From Mobula hypostoma (taxonomy: Eukaryota): a stretch of DNA of 64,000 bases. Numbering within the stretch: the first letter of the stretch is position 1; each line of letters opens with the position of its first letter. Both the position numbers and the translations under genes were made by a program. The DNA is taken from assembly GCF_963921235.1 (NCBI RefSeq), contig NC_086097.1, forward strand, positions 150,352,001 through 150,416,000, given 5' to 3'. This document shows, piece after piece, positions 60,661-64,000 of the stretch. The notes under the pieces are model-generated. The model made no database searches, had not been told where the DNA came from, and worked only from the letters and a program-made list of their open reading frames with translations.

Positions 60661-63600
60661 TGTGGTAAACCATATATATGTTGTAACTGGGTTACCTGTC
60701 TGGACACACCCCTCTGCTGACTGCCCCTGTGGCTCCTCCCACAGAACCCTGAACAAAGATGATTTCGCCTTGCCCTCCCCGTCAGTCCCGGGGGCAGACA
60801 CTCACCATGGAGGCCGTATTGTACAGTGAATAAAAGCCTTTCAGTATTTTACCCAACTTCAGTCTTTTGGAGTTATTGAAGGTGCTTCAATTTTATTCGC
60901 TGTAAATTTTAAAGCATGGAACATCCTCTGAGACCCAACAATTTAGACCTCGATCCGCAAACGCCTGAAGCTGGAAATGCTTTCGACCTCTGGCTGGCCT
61001 GCTTCGAAGCGTACCTAGAGGAGGTTAAAGCAACTGACACCATAGTGAAGCGCAGAGTTCTACTCTCCAGGGTCAGTCCACAGTTCTATTCACTGATCAG
61101 AGACCAGCCGAGCTATGACGGCGCGATGAGCGCCCTCAAAGGACAATATCTGCGGCCCGTAAACAGCGTCTATGCGCAGCATTGCTTAGCGACACAGCAA
61201 CAGCGGCCCGGGGAATCAAGTGCTGAGTTCGTCCAGGCCCTACGGACGCTCGTGCGAGCCTGCAATTGCCAGGAGCTGACAGCGGCGCAGCATGCAGAAC
61301 TCCTAGTGAGGGACGCCTTCGTCACGGGGACCAGGTCAGTGTATGTGCGCCAGTGGCTGCTGGAAAAAGCCGATCTTACCTTAAGTTCGGTGATTGAGCT
61401 GGCCAACATGCTGGAGGCCGCTCTACATAACTCCGAGGCTCTCCAGGCACGCGATCCCCCGATGGCCTCGTGGGAGCTGCAGACCCCGCAACCTGCCGGT
61501 GAATCGACCTCGGCTGCCGCCAGTCGCGAGTCTGCGAAGTGCTACTTCTGCGGACTCGAGAAGCACCCCCGTAAACGCTGCCCGGCCCGACAAGCTACCT
61601 GCTCCAGCTGCGAAAAGAAGGGCCACTTTGCCAAGGTCTGTAAGTCCAAACCGCGAGCGAGATCGAGCAGCACCGCATGCGAAACATGGGGGTCGCCATC
61701 TTGCCTGCCGCCATTTTCCCTGCACACCGCCACCACGTGCGAGACATGGGGGCCGCCATTTTCCCTGCACGCCGCCACCACGTGCAAGACATGGGGCAGC
61801 CATCTTGGTTGGCGCCACCTCGCACCGCCTACGACCAACGGGTGCTCACGGGGCACCCCACCGTGCCGGACCAAGACGGCGACTCAACCCTGGCCTCCGT
61901 GACCCTCGACCAAAGCGCTCCCCACCAGCTCGCAAGGTCAGTGATGGACATCCTGGTGGGGGGGGCGCAGGACAAGCTGCCTGTTTGATACAGGCAGCAC
62001 AGAGAGTTTTAACCACCCAGACTCGGTGCAGCATTGCGGACTCATGATACGGCCGGTAAGTCAGAGGGTCACCATGGCTTCCGGGTCGCATACAACAGAC
62101 ATCTGGGGGGGTTGTGTAGCGACACTAGTGGTGCAGGGCACAGAATATCGAGACTTTACGTTACTGGTCATGCCTCAACTGTGTGCCCCTGTGCTATTGG
62201 GGCTCAACTTCCAGAGCCACCTGAAAAGCGTGACAATGAGGTATGATGGGCCCCTCTCACCAATCACTGTCGTAAATCCCCAGTTTTGTAGGGATACGTC
62301 ACATACCCTGTGTGACGAAAGAGGGTTACAAAAAGTACACATAGATTAAGATGTTAACCGTCCTGTGCTGGCACCAGTGGGATCAACAGTTGATCTGCCA
62401 CCTGTCTTCAGGAGAAAGAGAGATAAGGAAGACAATGGAGCAGCATTTGGAAATGTTAATGAAGAGACGAGAGTTTAACGGAAGGAGACACCGGTCTGAG
62501 AACTGTCAAGATCGGCTCCTGTTTGAACCCTGAACTGTTTGAAGTGTGATGGACAGGTGATACCCCAGCAGGGGGATAAAAAGGGACAGGTTCGCTAAGG
62601 CAGGACACACACGACACCACGAGGTAACGAGACCCTGGAAGCTGTGCGTCTCCCACAAGTCGGTGGGAGTTTTTGAAGGGCTGGTCGCGGGACTGAGCCA
62701 TAGACGCACAGGGTGGAAAGGTACGATCGGAGGGAACCTGGTGTGTGTCGGCCCTTGCCTGGGTGCCAGGTTCACTGCAGGGAAACAATCGTATCTGGAA
62801 ACGGAGGGGTCACAGTTGGTGACCTCAGATGACATCACAAAGGGCTCGCCCGAAAGCTGACTGCGAGGAATATCGAAGGTCTGTGTGGAAGCCGTTTTGA
62901 ATATTCATTTGCTTTCGCCCTCTCTCTCCTTCCCCCCTCTCTCCCACGGCACGGCAGTGATAACTGTGAACTGAACTGAACTCAATTGAACTGAACTTTG
63001 CGTCACTTTGAAACTGGTCATTTACCCCTAGACGACGATAGAGCTTGATTGATCCTATTATCCTAGTTCTGTGGACATGTGTGCTTATCATTGCTGAACC
63101 GTTGCATTTATTATTCTTTCGATTAGAGTACTGTGTTGCTTATTTCTTTAATAAAACTTCCTTAGTTCCAGTAATCCAGACTCCAACTGAGTGATCCACT
63201 TCTGCTGGTTTGGCAACCCAGTTACGGGGTACATTACACCCGCTACTGACCACACACACACACCGATCCGCACATCCCACCCAACACCATGCCAACAGCC
63301 ACACTACGGACCCCACTTGTGGCCTCTCCACCCTCAAGATCCCTCCCTCACTGCTGTTCGCCAACCTGACCTCCGACTGTAAACCTGTTGCAGCTAAAAG
63401 CAGGAGGTACAGCGCGGGGGACAGAGCTTTCATTAAGTCGGAGGTGCAGCGGCTGCTCAGGGAGGGGGTCATTGAGACAAGCACAAGTCCTTGGAGGGTG
63501 CAGGTGGTCGTTGTTCGGAACAGGGAGAAGAATAGGATGGTCGTGGACTATAGCCAGACCATCAATAGGTTCACGCAGCTCGACGCGTACCCTCTACCCC

Positions 63601-64000
63601 GCATCGCGGATATGGTCAATCAGATAGCACAGTACAAGGTGTACTCAACCATAGACCTAAAATCCGCTTACCATCAGCTCCCCATCTGCCGGGAGGACTG
63701 CCCTTACACTGCCTTCGAGGCGGACGGCAGGCTTTATCAATTCCTGCGCGTCCTCTTTGGTGTCACGAATGGTGTTTCTGTCTTCCAGAGGGCAATGGAC
63801 CGGATGGTGGACCAGTGCTAACTGAAAGCCACGTTCCCATACCTGGATAACATCACCATCTGCGGTCATGACCAGCAGGATCACGACAACAACCTCCAAA
63901 GATTTCTTCAAGCGGCCAAAGCTTTCAATCTTACCTATAACGAGGACAAATGTGTGTTCGGGACCACCCGACTTGCTATACTTGGGTGTGTCGTGGAGAA
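60661..64000 (+). mobile_element. Ty3/Gypsy retrotransposon (5' LTR ~60661-60889, gag, protease, RT; runs off the window)
   Basis: Gag from 60916 has two knuckles, 'CYFCGLEKHPRKRCPA' and 'CSSCEKKGHFAKVC'. Protease 'LFDTGS'; RT 'SPWRVQVVVV..RMVVDY..DAYPLP..IDLKSAYHQ'. Frameshifts are present and there is a stop at 63819-63821. Confidence 0.9.
62311..63238 (+). mobile_element. Solo LTR inserted between the protease and RT regions
   Basis: TGTGAC...TTACA termini, TSD CCTG/CCCG, GATAAAA TATA-like site at ~62575, AATAAA at ~63150. Confidence 0.8.

Noticed and set aside
61700..61810. Overlapping ORFs and a ~45-bp repeat after gag as extra genes
   Set aside because: This is a GC-rich tandem repeat in the gag-protease linker, and the alternative frames are shadows of it.
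1..64000. tRNA/rRNA genes or prokaryotic operons, and the remaining short ORFs in the track
   Set aside because: None recognised; the short ORFs are antisense or alternative frames of TE relics.

Overview
This is eukaryotic (vertebrate) genomic DNA, most likely from a cartilaginous fish such as a ray. That assignment is inferred only from the repeat families present. The window is almost entirely nested, mostly decayed transposable elements: many CR1 LINEs, L1/Tx1 LINEs, Rex1/Babar and RTE fragments, Tc1, Tigger/pogo, a hAT-type MITE, Chapaev3, four Ty3/Gypsy-type elements, a retrovirus-like deletion derivative, several solo LTRs, and Penelope-like (PLE) inserts. Many insertions can be reconstructed exactly from target-site duplications (TSDs). 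No host protein-coding gene is supported, apart from one weak candidate exon at 51138-51244. The most interesting signals are RNA-level. (1) A TSD-flanked array of four ~106-bp units, each carrying a minimal hammerhead ribozyme (47494-47958), resembles a retrozyme. (2) A Gypsy element (60661-64000) lacks a tRNA primer-binding site; the sequence at that position is instead complementary to the LTR's own poly(A) signal, and its RT reads YLDN. (3) A Sushi-like element shows a Tf1-type self-priming duplex. (4) A CsRn1-type element shows a -1 frameshift site with a perfect 12-bp hairpin. Family assignments rest on motif recognition, not database searches.
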